DNA from: Gammaproteobacteria bacterium
GTDB taxonomy: Bacteria > Pseudomonadota > Gammaproteobacteria > Natronospirales > DASSBR01
DNA: 64,000 nucleotides
NCBI GenBank assembly: GCA_035690945.1
Contig: DASSJY010000018.1
Location: 48,590-112,589, forward strand
Direction: 5' to 3'
A program made the translations under genes and the position numbers. Shown here in pieces: positions 18,934-26,611 of this stretch. Position 1 is the first letter of the stretch. Each line of letters starts with the position of its first letter. The notes under the pieces are model-generated. The model had not been told where the DNA came from and did not search any database. It saw only the letters and a list, made by a program, of their open reading frames with translations.

Positions 18934-20517
18934 TCATCTACTCGCTCTGTGCGGATCGCCTTCGCCGCCGAGTAATGCACCGGCCGCGCTGCCTGCGCGA
19001 CCTTTCATCTGCTCGGCAAGCAGTGAATTGCCGAATTCGTCGAGCGTCTGCGTGATGCTGCCGGAGAATGCCGCAAGCCCGGTGTTGATGAACAAGAGCG
19101 GGATAGCGATGCTGAGGCCCAGTACGGTGGCAATCATGGCGTGACCGATACCGGTGGCCATCACCGTCGGATCGCCGCCGCCGGAGGCCACGATCGCATA
19201 GAAAGTGATGATCATGCCGGTCACGGTGCCGATCAGCCCAAGGAGTGGACCTGCCGCCACCGCCAGCCGGAGGAACCACTGGAAACGTTCCAGCTTCGGC
19301 ACTTCCTGCTGGATCGCTTCGTGCAGGTGCAACGCGGCTACGTCGGCGCTTTCCGCCGCCTTCTTGTCGCTGAGATAGGTTGCCAGCAAGCGGCCGAGCG
19401 GGTTATCCAGTTTTGGCTCGGATGGATTTTTGAGCTGTGCGCGGACGCCACGGCGCGTCTTCAGCAAATAAAGAACCTGGTACAACGCCAGCAGTACGCC
19501 GATGATACCGACCGCAATGATGATGTAGCCCACCATCTGACCCAGCTGTATCCGCTCGAGCCAACTCGGGCGCTGCAGGTACCGGTGAAACAGTCCGCCT
19601 CGGGTTACATCGACGACGGCGGGAACATAGCCGGGGCCCGGCGCGGTTTGCGCCAAATCGTGGGCGATGTCCTGGAAATTGCCTGGCATAGAGCCATCAA
19701 GTTCCGTTAAGGATTTTACAGTCGAAAGGTAGCCGAGATATTCATCGTCGTGGACGACCGTGAACGGCCCGACCCGCACGACATCGGTAGGCACCGCGGT
19801 TCCGGTCGGCTGGCCGTTATCGAGCTGCAGCACATCGGTCCGGTAGCGCACTACCTTGCCTTCACCGACCGTCTCTCTCAGGATTTCAAACCACATCCGC
19901 TCCAGATTCTTGATCGAAGGCAGCGACTTCGCCTGGGCCATCCGCAACAGGAACTTCGAGCGCTCTTCCTCTCCCGGCTTCGGTTGAAACTGGGTGCTCA
20001 ACAACGAGTCGCGCAATTCCTTGGCCGCCTTTGATGAAGCTACCCGGACGACGCCGAACAGCTCACCGAGATCCCCTTGGCGCTGCGTCAGCAATTTGCT
20101 GAGCGAGTCGATTTGCGCGTTGTTGTCCTTCAATTGTTTCTGGAGTGCGTCGGCGCGGGCGTTGGCGGCATCCCGACGCGCAACAGCCTTGCGCACCAGT
20201 TCTTGCTCATGCGCGAGCTTCTGCTTGGCGTCGTGCAGGCGTTGCGCCGCGGTGGCCGATTGCTTCTTGCGAATCTGACGCACTTCATCGGATAGCTCCG
20301 CCAGCGTCTTGGCTCGCTGGCGCGCGGCGGCGGCAGCGGCGGCCTTCGCCTTGGCCGCTTCGGACGCGGAATTTTGCTGTGCCCAAGCCGTGCCCGAGAG
20401 CCCTACGGCAATCGAGGCTATGCTCGCCACCAGCAGGGCGCGCGCGCCGCGGCGCAGAGTGACCTTGCCATTTCGATTCAAATTTTTGCACGTCATAGCG
20501 GTGCCGTCTCTCTCCAC
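18934..20517 (-). CDS. Large MotA/TolQ/ExbB-family protein with a signal peptide and ~300-aa periplasmic coiled-coil N-domain (TtpC-like, copy 2)
   Basis: Signal peptide '...SIAVGLSGTAWA', A/K/Q-rich coiled coil, then 'GPLLGLIGTVTGMIITF...MATGIGHAMIATVLGLSIAIPLLF' (ExbB channel motif). GTG 20517 lies 1 nt after the exbD stop (alternative ATG 20496). Confidence 0.8.
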   Translation of the reverse strand: MERDGTAMTCKNLNRNGKVTLRRGARALLVASIASIAVGLSGTAWAQQNSASEAAKAKAAAAAAARQRAKTLAELSDEVRQIRKKQSATAAQRLHDAKQKLAHEQELVRKAVARRDAANARADALQKQLKDNNAQIDSLSKLLTQRQGDLGELFGVVRVASSKAAKELRDSLLSTQFQPKPGEEERSKFLLRMAQAKSLPSIKNLERMWFEILRETVGEGKVVRYRTDVLQLDNGQPTGTAVPTDVVRVGPFTVVHDDEYLGYLSTVKSLTELDGSMPGNFQDIAHDLAQTAPGPGYVPAVVDVTRGGLFHRYLQRPSWLERIQLGQMVGYIIIAVGIIGVLLALYQVLYLLKTRRGVRAQLKNPSEPKLDNPLGRLLATYLSDKKAAESADVAALHLHEAIQQEVPKLERFQWFLRLAVAAGPLLGLIGTVTGMIITFYAIVASGGGDPTVMATGIGHAMIATVLGLSIAIPLLFINTGLAAFSGSITQTLDEFGNSLLAEQMKGRAGSAAGALLGGEGDPHRASR

Positions 20518-20518
20518 G

Positions 20519-20938
20519 TCAGTCGCTGCCGCCAGGCTGACTGGCCGCTATCGCGATCTGGTCTATGCCGCCGGCGTGCACCTTATTCATGACTTTCGCC
20601 ACCACCCCGGCCTGCGAGTCCTTGTCCGCGACAATGACCACGGTGTCGTGCGGGCGCTCGATATGCAGTCGCTGAACCATCGCCGGCAGGTCGTCCAGGC
20701 CCACCTGATGCCCGCCCATCCAGATGTCTCCGTTGGGCTCGATGGCAATCAGCAGCTTGCCGGATTTCATTTCCTGGGCGGTCGTGGCATTCGGCCTGAA
20801 AACCGTGACGCCGGGCCGGTTGATGAACGACGTCGTGATAATGAAAAAAATCAACAGGTTGATGGTGAAGTCCAGCATCGGGGCGAGGTCGATGCCATGG
20901 TGCTCCGATTCAGTCTTTATCCGGCGTTGTCGTATCAT
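20519..20938 (-). CDS. exbD: ExbD/TolR family protein (copy 2)
   Basis: 'HGIDLAPMLDFTINLLIFFIIT' N-terminal TM motif, 139 aa. Its start overlaps the upstream exbD stop by 1 nt (TGATG). Confidence 0.85.
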   Translation of the reverse strand: MIRQRRIKTESEHHGIDLAPMLDFTINLLIFFIITTSFINRPGVTVFRPNATTAQEMKSGKLLIAIEPNGDIWMGGHQVGLDDLPAMVQRLHIERPHDTVVIVADKDSQAGVVAKVMNKVHAGGIDQIAIAASQPGGSD

Positions 20939-21351
20939 CAGGTTCCGCCCGCTGTCGCGAAGGTTACGTTGTAAACGCCCGCCATATGCGCCTGGTCCAC
21001 CACCTGTACCAGCACCCCGGTGGGGGCGCGTTGATCCGCGACGATCAATACGGTGGCATTAGGGGTGGCGGCAAGCGAGTGTTCAATATCGGCGCGCACC
21101 GCTTGCACATCGACGACGCGGCTGCCGATCGATATCTTGCCATCGGCACCGATCTGGACCTGGACCACCTTTTGCTTCGTCTGCTTCTGCTGCTGCTGCT
21201 GCGAGGACGGCCGATTGACCACCACCCCGTACTGCTGGATGAACACCGCCGTGATGATGAAAAAGATGAGCAAATTGATACAGAAGTCCAGCATCGGCGC
21301 AAGGTCGATACCATGCGTCGCCACTTCGGCATCTGATTGTCGCCGACGCAT
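20938..21351 (-). CDS. exbD: ExbD/TolR family protein (copy 1, with a poly-Gln linker)
   Basis: Start set at ATG 21351 (MRRRQSDAEVATHGIDLAPMLDFCINLLIFFIIT). The 257-aa ORF-track version runs through exbB in another frame and was rejected. Confidence 0.85.
   Translation of the reverse strand: MRRRQSDAEVATHGIDLAPMLDFCINLLIFFIITAVFIQQYGVVVNRPSSQQQQQKQTKQKVVQVQIGADGKISIGSRVVDVQAVRADIEHSLAATPNATVLIVADQRAPTGVLVQVVDQAHMAGVYNVTFATAGGT
21181..21201. repeat. In-frame CTG/CAG trinucleotide run inside exbD copy 1
   Basis: CTGCTT(CTG)5 on the plus strand, which is (CAG)5 on the coding strand and encodes QQQQQ in the linker 'SSQQQQQKQTKQK'. Confidence 0.9.
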
Positions 21352-21359
21352 ACGCACGG

Positions 21360-21884
21360 CTATACGCTCAACTCGTCCGCCAGCTGCTCGGTTTCCCGAG
21401 TCGCCCGCGAGCGGAAATAGTAAACGGGGTAGAGACCACTGACCGCGACGGCGAGTCCGGTCATGGTGTTGATCATCGCGGCCGACACGCCGGCGGCCAT
21501 GGCACGGGCGTCGGCGGTGCCGAGTATGGACATGGAACTGAACACCTGCAGCATACCGGTGACCGTGCCGACCAGTCCGATGAGTGGCGCCATCGCCACC
21601 AGCACCGAGAGTACCGGGTGGCCCTTCGTCATGGAGACGTTCAGCCGGGAAATCAGGCCTTCGCGGATTTGCCGCGCGCACCAGGACGTGTGATCCTCGC
21701 GGGCATCCCATTCAGCGCGCACTGCTGCCTTTTCCTTTGGCAGCACCCGCCAGAAATACCAGGTGCGCTCAGCGGTGAGGGTCCATAGCAGGACCCCCGT
21801 CGCGAAGATCCACAAGACGAGCGTTCCGCCCTGACCGGCGAGGTACGCAATGCTGTCGAGAAGAGGGATATGGCTGAACATCAC
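21360..21884 (-). CDS. exbB: ExbB/TolQ-type proton channel (small form)
   Basis: 174 aa, 3 TM spans. 'MAPLIGLVGTVTGMLQVF' and 'AAGVSAAMINTMTGLAVAV' are MotA/TolQ/ExbB motifs. Confidence 0.85.
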   Translation of the reverse strand: MMFSHIPLLDSIAYLAGQGGTLVLWIFATGVLLWTLTAERTWYFWRVLPKEKAAVRAEWDAREDHTSWCARQIREGLISRLNVSMTKGHPVLSVLVAMAPLIGLVGTVTGMLQVFSSMSILGTADARAMAAGVSAAMINTMTGLAVAVSGLYPVYYFRSRATRETEQLADELSV

Positions 21885-23338
21885 GCTGTCCCTCCGCGCC
21901 GCTCCTTCGCCTTTCCCGCACCGCCTTTGCTCTGTTGCTGCTCAATCCTTTCAGCAAGCATGCCGCTGCTCTGCTTGTCGAGAATCTGCACGATGCTGTC
22001 CGACAGGGACTTCAGCAGCGCGTTGCCGAACAACAAGGGGATGGCGACACCGAGGCCGAGCACCGTCGCAATCATCGCGTGGCCAATACCGGTGGCCATC
22101 AGCCGCGGATCGGCGGAGCCGGTGTCAGTGATGGTCTGGAACGTCTCAATCATGCCGACCACGGTGCCGATCAGGCCGAGCAGCGGTCCGGAGGCGACGG
22201 CGAGACGCAGGTACGACTGGAATCGCTCGAGTCTCGGCTCCTCGCGCAGCACCTGTTCAGTGATGCGCAACTCCGCGATATCGGCTTCTTCCTCGATGCG
22301 GTCCGGATCGCCCTTGAACGCCAGCAACACGCGGCCCAACGGATTGTCATTCCTGGGATTGTTCAGATCCTTGAGCTGCTTGTTGACGGCCATCCTCGCG
22401 GCGATCAGCCTGAAGATCTGGAAGAAGAACAGGATCGCGCCAATCACGCCGACGGCGATGATGACGTATCCCACCCCTTGGCCGAGCTGGATTCGCTGCA
22501 GCCACGTCGGGCGGTTGATGTACAACCCGATCAGCGCTCCGGTGCCGCTCGAATCGATGACCGCACGAGCGTAGCCCTGATGAGTGTCCTGAAAATCAGC
22601 CAGGATGCTCCGGAAATTGCCCGGCAGTTCGCGCGGCAGCACGCTCAGAGTGTTGAGATCCGGCAGATATTGAAGGAAGCGACCCTCGGACGTCGCCGTG
22701 AACGGCCCGACCCGGGTAACCTTGCTGACAACGCTCTTGTTGTTGGCCTGCACCACCGGCGCCTGGTAACTCACCACCTGCCCCTGGGCGGTCATTTCAT
22801 GTTGAATGACGTACCACAGCCGCTGGAGATCATCCAGCGTCGGCGTGCCGTTTGAGTTGGCAAGGCCCTGCAGAAACGCAAGACGACCCGTCTTGCCCTG
22901 CGGCGGCGAGAACTGGGTATTGGTCAGCGCATTCTGAAGGGTGGTGGCGAGATTATCCGCGTCTTTCTGAGCGGTGCTGAACACGCCCGACAGGTCTGCT
23001 GCCTGGGCTTGCGCATTGATCTGATCTTCCATCTTCCCGATCTGCATTTCGTTCGCCGAATACTGATCGGAGGCTTGCGACGCAGCCGCCTTGGCCTGGT
23101 TAAGCGCGGCCTCCGCCTGCTTCATCATGGCCTGTTGCTGGTCCGGCGACGCCGCGGCGAATTGCGCGCGGGCCTGGTTCATTTGTGCCTGCTGCTGCTG
23201 GCTTACCGATTGAACCTGGTTGAGCAACTGTTCGAGTGAATTTGCATTTGCAGTCGCCGGCGCAGCCTCGGCGAACGTGGAAGCAGCGACGAAAGCAGCG
23301 AGTACGATGCCGGTAGCGGCGGCCAACGATTTCCTCAC
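21881..23338 (-). CDS. Large MotA/TolQ/ExbB-family protein with a periplasmic coiled-coil N-domain (TtpC-like, copy 1)
   Basis: Signal peptide 'AAFVAASTFAEA', Q/A-rich coiled coil, C-terminal 'GPLLGLIGTVVGMIETF...MATGIGHAMIATVLGLGVAIPLLF'. 4-nt overlaps with both neighbours. Confidence 0.8.
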   Translation of the reverse strand: MRKSLAAATGIVLAAFVAASTFAEAAPATANANSLEQLLNQVQSVSQQQQAQMNQARAQFAAASPDQQQAMMKQAEAALNQAKAAASQASDQYSANEMQIGKMEDQINAQAQAADLSGVFSTAQKDADNLATTLQNALTNTQFSPPQGKTGRLAFLQGLANSNGTPTLDDLQRLWYVIQHEMTAQGQVVSYQAPVVQANNKSVVSKVTRVGPFTATSEGRFLQYLPDLNTLSVLPRELPGNFRSILADFQDTHQGYARAVIDSSGTGALIGLYINRPTWLQRIQLGQGVGYVIIAVGVIGAILFFFQIFRLIAARMAVNKQLKDLNNPRNDNPLGRVLLAFKGDPDRIEEEADIAELRITEQVLREEPRLERFQSYLRLAVASGPLLGLIGTVVGMIETFQTITDTGSADPRLMATGIGHAMIATVLGLGVAIPLLFGNALLKSLSDSIVQILDKQSSGMLAERIEQQQSKGGAGKAKERRGGTA

Positions 23339-24195
23339 GACTGCGCCCCCTGTTGCGCCGCTTGCGACGCCGGCTGCGGCGCGGGCACGGGCACGGTCAA
23401 CAACTGGGGCGTGCCCTTCTGGTTAGCCATATTCACGGCATTCTGGAAGGCATCGGCGTAGTCGTTATCGACCACCCATTTGTGTTCGTTCTTGTTCCAG
23501 TAGCCCGTTTCGGAGCCGTCGAGGGTCTGGTACATCAGGGATACGCGGCCGATGTGGACAAATTTGACTGCCCGGGCGTTCTGGCCGGTGCCCAGCGTGC
23601 CGTCGTAGGAACTAAGAGTCCGTCCGTAATCGAGTTCGGCCAGATAGTCCTGCAGGATGACGCGGTACTTCTCGGAGATCGACACGTCGGGGCGCGTCAT
23701 CAGGTCCTCGAGATCCTGTATCCGCTTCTCGCGCTCCTTGGGCAGGAAAGGCAGGTCGAGCTTCACGAAGTTCGCCAGCGTCTGGACCATGTTGGCCATC
23801 AGCGGCTGGATGCCGCGCTTGGTCACATCGATCTGCTGCATTTGCCGCTTGATCGACGCGATCCGCTCCTGCTGCGCTTGCACCAGGCCGCTCAGCGTCT
23901 TGCTGTAGTGTTCGTAGCTTCTGGCTGCCGCCAGCGCTTCCGCATACTTGGTGGCAGCGTCCTGCGTCTTGTCAGTGAGATCGTTGATCTGCTGCTGAGA
24001 CTTCGCGGCGGCTTTGTTGGCTGCAGCCATCGATGCCATTACGTCGTCGAGGTTTTTGTTGTTGGCAGACATGGCCGGGAAGGCCGCGGCTACCGCGAAC
24101 ATAGCCACTACTGCTACGCAGATCGACTTGGGGGCCGATCTCCGGCGGGCAATCGTCTTGCTCGCATTGGGGTTGCTGGAACGGAAATTCCTCAT
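23335..24195 (-). CDS. DUF3450-like periplasmic coiled-coil protein (TtpB-like first gene of TonB2-type clusters)
   Basis: 'LDLPFLPKEREKRIQDLEDLMTRPDVSISEKYRVILQDYLAELDYGRT' is the DUF3450 core pattern. It has a signal peptide, and AGGAGG lies 9 nt upstream of the ATG. Confidence 0.75.
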   Translation of the reverse strand: MRNFRSSNPNASKTIARRRSAPKSICVAVVAMFAVAAAFPAMSANNKNLDDVMASMAAANKAAAKSQQQINDLTDKTQDAATKYAEALAAARSYEHYSKTLSGLVQAQQERIASIKRQMQQIDVTKRGIQPLMANMVQTLANFVKLDLPFLPKEREKRIQDLEDLMTRPDVSISEKYRVILQDYLAELDYGRTLSSYDGTLGTGQNARAVKFVHIGRVSLMYQTLDGSETGYWNKNEHKWVVDNDYADAFQNAVNMANQKGTPQLLTVPVPAPQPASQAAQQGAQS

Positions 24196-24403
24196 GGCAA
24201 TTCATGCCTCCTGTCGCACGCCTTCGGCATCAACGGCGTTGGCTCATTTCTGTCTGGATATTCCCGGCTGGCGTCCGTGACATACGCCGGAACTTGACTT
24301 GGTTAATCGCTCGGATTCGAGCGAAAAGCCATTCTGTAGGCGCGGGGTGTATAAAAACTATGGCAAAAGTTGGACGGATGCGTAAAAAATTCGTAAAAAA
24401 ACA

Positions 24404-26470
24404 TTACCCAACATGGGCGCGCTCCTCCCTGGACTCCTGCGGCAAGGCGATCAACGGCAACCGAATAGCGATCACGGCACCGCGGCTATTCGGCCCCGGC
24501 AGAGCCTCAATACTACCTCCGTGCGCAGCTATTATGCCTTGACAGATTGCCAGGCCCAACCCGCTGCCGTGCGGCCCGGTATCGCCGTCGCCACCGGTGA
24601 AAAACATGTCGAAGACCCGATCGCGATCGGCTTCCGGTATGCCCGCACCCTGATCGGCCACCGTGATCAGCAACTGCCCGCCTTCCTGTCGGGCGGCGAT
24701 GCGGACCTCGCCGCCCGACGGCGAAAAGCGTGCGGCATTTTCGATCACATTCACCAGCGCCTGCTCAATGAGCGCGGAGTTCACGTAAAGCAGGGGCAGG
24801 TCGGCAGGGATATCGCGCACGATGTGCACTTCCGTCAGCATGTCGCGGGCGCGCTGCAGTGCTGAAGCCACGACGTCCGCCAGCGTCACCCAGTCACGCG
24901 GCAGTTTGAGCGTGGTGCCGTCGCCAAGCCGGGTCATGTCAAGGAGATTTTCAATATATCGGTTGAGCCGGAGGCCTTCGCTCAGCACCGCATCGAGCAT
25001 CTCGTACTTGTCCGTTTCCGAGAGCCGGTCGCCCAGATCGCGCAAGGTGCTCGCCGAGCCGATCATCGACGCGAGCGGCGTGCGCAGGTCATGCGACACC
25101 GAGGACAGCAGCGCCGAGCGCAGCCGTTCGGTCTCTTCGGCCACCCGCGCGCGCTCGAGATTCGAGGTCAGTTCCGTGCGCGCGAGGGTCAGCGTCACCT
25201 GGTTGGCCAGCGCATCCAGCAGCAGCAGTTGCTCGTTGCGCGGCCTGATCGGCAGTTCGCCAAACTTGACGCCCAGCACGCCATAACGGCTCTCTTCGAG
25301 GGTCAGCGGCACGAACCGCCAGCCGACGCCCGGCAGCGTTTCGCCGAGGTAGCCACTCGGCCGGTCGTGTTCGAACGCCCAGTTTGCCGCCGCCTGCAAT
25401 CTGTCACTCAGGGCGACAGGTTCCGGTGCGGAGGCAGAGAGTTCGATGCCGCCCCGTCCGATTGTCGTCAACAGGCACGTCGGCACGCGCTCGATTTTTG
25501 CGATCGCCTCGACCGCCGCGCGACGCACGGCGGCCGAGTCGGGCGCCTCGGCGAGTTGCTTGCTGAACGCAAGCAGGGCCTGGCTCTGGGCGTTCGTTGC
25601 GCGCAGTGCCGCAACCTGGACACGCAGACGATGCGCCAGATTGCTGCCGATAATCGCGGCCGCCAGGAACAGCAGCACGGCGATGAACTCGTTGGCGGGA
25701 TAATTCGCGAGTCCGGATATCGGTCCGATAAACAGGAAGTTGTACGCCAGCGAAGTCAGCACTGCGGCGACCAGCGCGGGCGCCAGCGAGGTACGTACCG
25801 CTACGATCAACACACCCACGAGCAGGACCAGCGAAAGGTTGGACAAATCCAACGGCAGCGTGAACGCCAACATCTCCGAAATCGCGGTGCAAATTGCAAC
25901 GACTATCAGGGCGTAGGAATAGTGACGCCAGGGCGATCCGCGCAGTTCGTCGAGCCACGCTCCCCAGCGTCCCCGCAGCGTCGCGGCCTCGGCCGGCGCC
26001 GCACTGACGATGGTAATCTCGAAATCCCCGTGATCCCGCAACAGCCGCTGCGTGAACGTCTGGCGGAAGAACCCCGCGAGAGGCCGTCTGCGGGTGCGGC
26101 CGATGACAATCGTGGTGGCGTTGTGGTCGCGCGCATAGGCGACGATCTCGGCGTCGACGGATCGTCCGCGCAGAACAATTGCGTCGCCGCCAAGCCGCTC
26201 CACGAGCCGAAAAGCGCGTTCGATGCGCTCCCGCACCGCGGCGCCGGGACGACCGGTTTCGACATGGACCACCGTCCATGGCGCACGCCGTTGATCGGCG
26301 ATCCGTTTCCCGGCCCGCACGACCCGCTCCGAGTTGCGCCCGCCGTCGATGGCGACCACTACCCGCTTGCGGGCCGCGGTTTCCGGCTTCTCACGAACCG
26401 CGCCGCCGGCCGCGCGCGGCCGACGTTCACCATAGTGCCGGACTACCGGCTGCACGTCGGGCGATCGCAT
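24404..26470 (-). CDS. kdpD: KdpD-like sensor histidine kinase lacking the N-terminal KdpD P-loop domain (Usp-TM-GAF-like-HisKA-HATPase)
   Basis: It starts directly with a Usp-like region ('VVVAIDGGRNSERVV...TTIVIGRTRRR'), then four TM spans, then the H-box 'LLSSVSHDLRTPLASMIGS' and G-boxes 'DQGAGIP'/'GSGLGLAI'. 688 aa, versus about 890 aa for E. coli KdpD. Confidence 0.75.
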   Translation of the reverse strand: MRSPDVQPVVRHYGERRPRAAGGAVREKPETAARKRVVVAIDGGRNSERVVRAGKRIADQRRAPWTVVHVETGRPGAAVRERIERAFRLVERLGGDAIVLRGRSVDAEIVAYARDHNATTIVIGRTRRRPLAGFFRQTFTQRLLRDHGDFEITIVSAAPAEAATLRGRWGAWLDELRGSPWRHYSYALIVVAICTAISEMLAFTLPLDLSNLSLVLLVGVLIVAVRTSLAPALVAAVLTSLAYNFLFIGPISGLANYPANEFIAVLLFLAAAIIGSNLAHRLRVQVAALRATNAQSQALLAFSKQLAEAPDSAAVRRAAVEAIAKIERVPTCLLTTIGRGGIELSASAPEPVALSDRLQAAANWAFEHDRPSGYLGETLPGVGWRFVPLTLEESRYGVLGVKFGELPIRPRNEQLLLLDALANQVTLTLARTELTSNLERARVAEETERLRSALLSSVSHDLRTPLASMIGSASTLRDLGDRLSETDKYEMLDAVLSEGLRLNRYIENLLDMTRLGDGTTLKLPRDWVTLADVVASALQRARDMLTEVHIVRDIPADLPLLYVNSALIEQALVNVIENAARFSPSGGEVRIAARQEGGQLLITVADQGAGIPEADRDRVFDMFFTGGDGDTGPHGSGLGLAICQGIIAAHGGSIEALPGPNSRGAVIAIRLPLIALPQESREERAHVG

Positions 26471-26611
26471 GGGCGGGAGGCCGTTGCCGGCAGAAGATGC
26501 TGAGCGTCGGCGCGCCGACCTTCAAGACACACGCTGAGAACCATCCATAGAAGAGTTCATCCCGAATGATAACTCCGAAACGGGATCATGGAGCGCCTGC
26601 ACATCACCGTT

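Noticed and set aside
20938-21711. A 257-aa version of ExbD copy 1. N-terminally extended versions of LOG (10468-11448), the spermidine-synthase-like gene (51399-52631), UvrD (26612-28930), RuvX (3560-) and rpmE (62648-) were noticed in the same way.
   Set aside because: The extensions overlap the upstream genes in other frames and are low-complexity. Internal ATGs give canonical N-termini and tight (often ATGA) gene junctions.
18934-24195. Whether the MotA/ExbB-rich operon is a Zorya-like anti-phage system.
   Set aside because: The long extra domains are N-terminal, follow signal peptides and are therefore periplasmic, unlike a cytoplasmic ZorA-type C-terminal tail. The partners are ExbD-type, not OmpA/MotB-type. 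No ZorC/D-like nuclease or helicase genes are present. The DUF3450 first gene marks TonB2-type clusters.
24196-24403. Fur-box-like iron regulation upstream of the Ton-like operon, and also upstream of the TonB-dependent receptor at 58095-58161.
   Set aside because: I could not find a convincing match to the GATAATGATAATCATTATC consensus by eye. Absence by eye is weak evidence, so I make no regulatory call.
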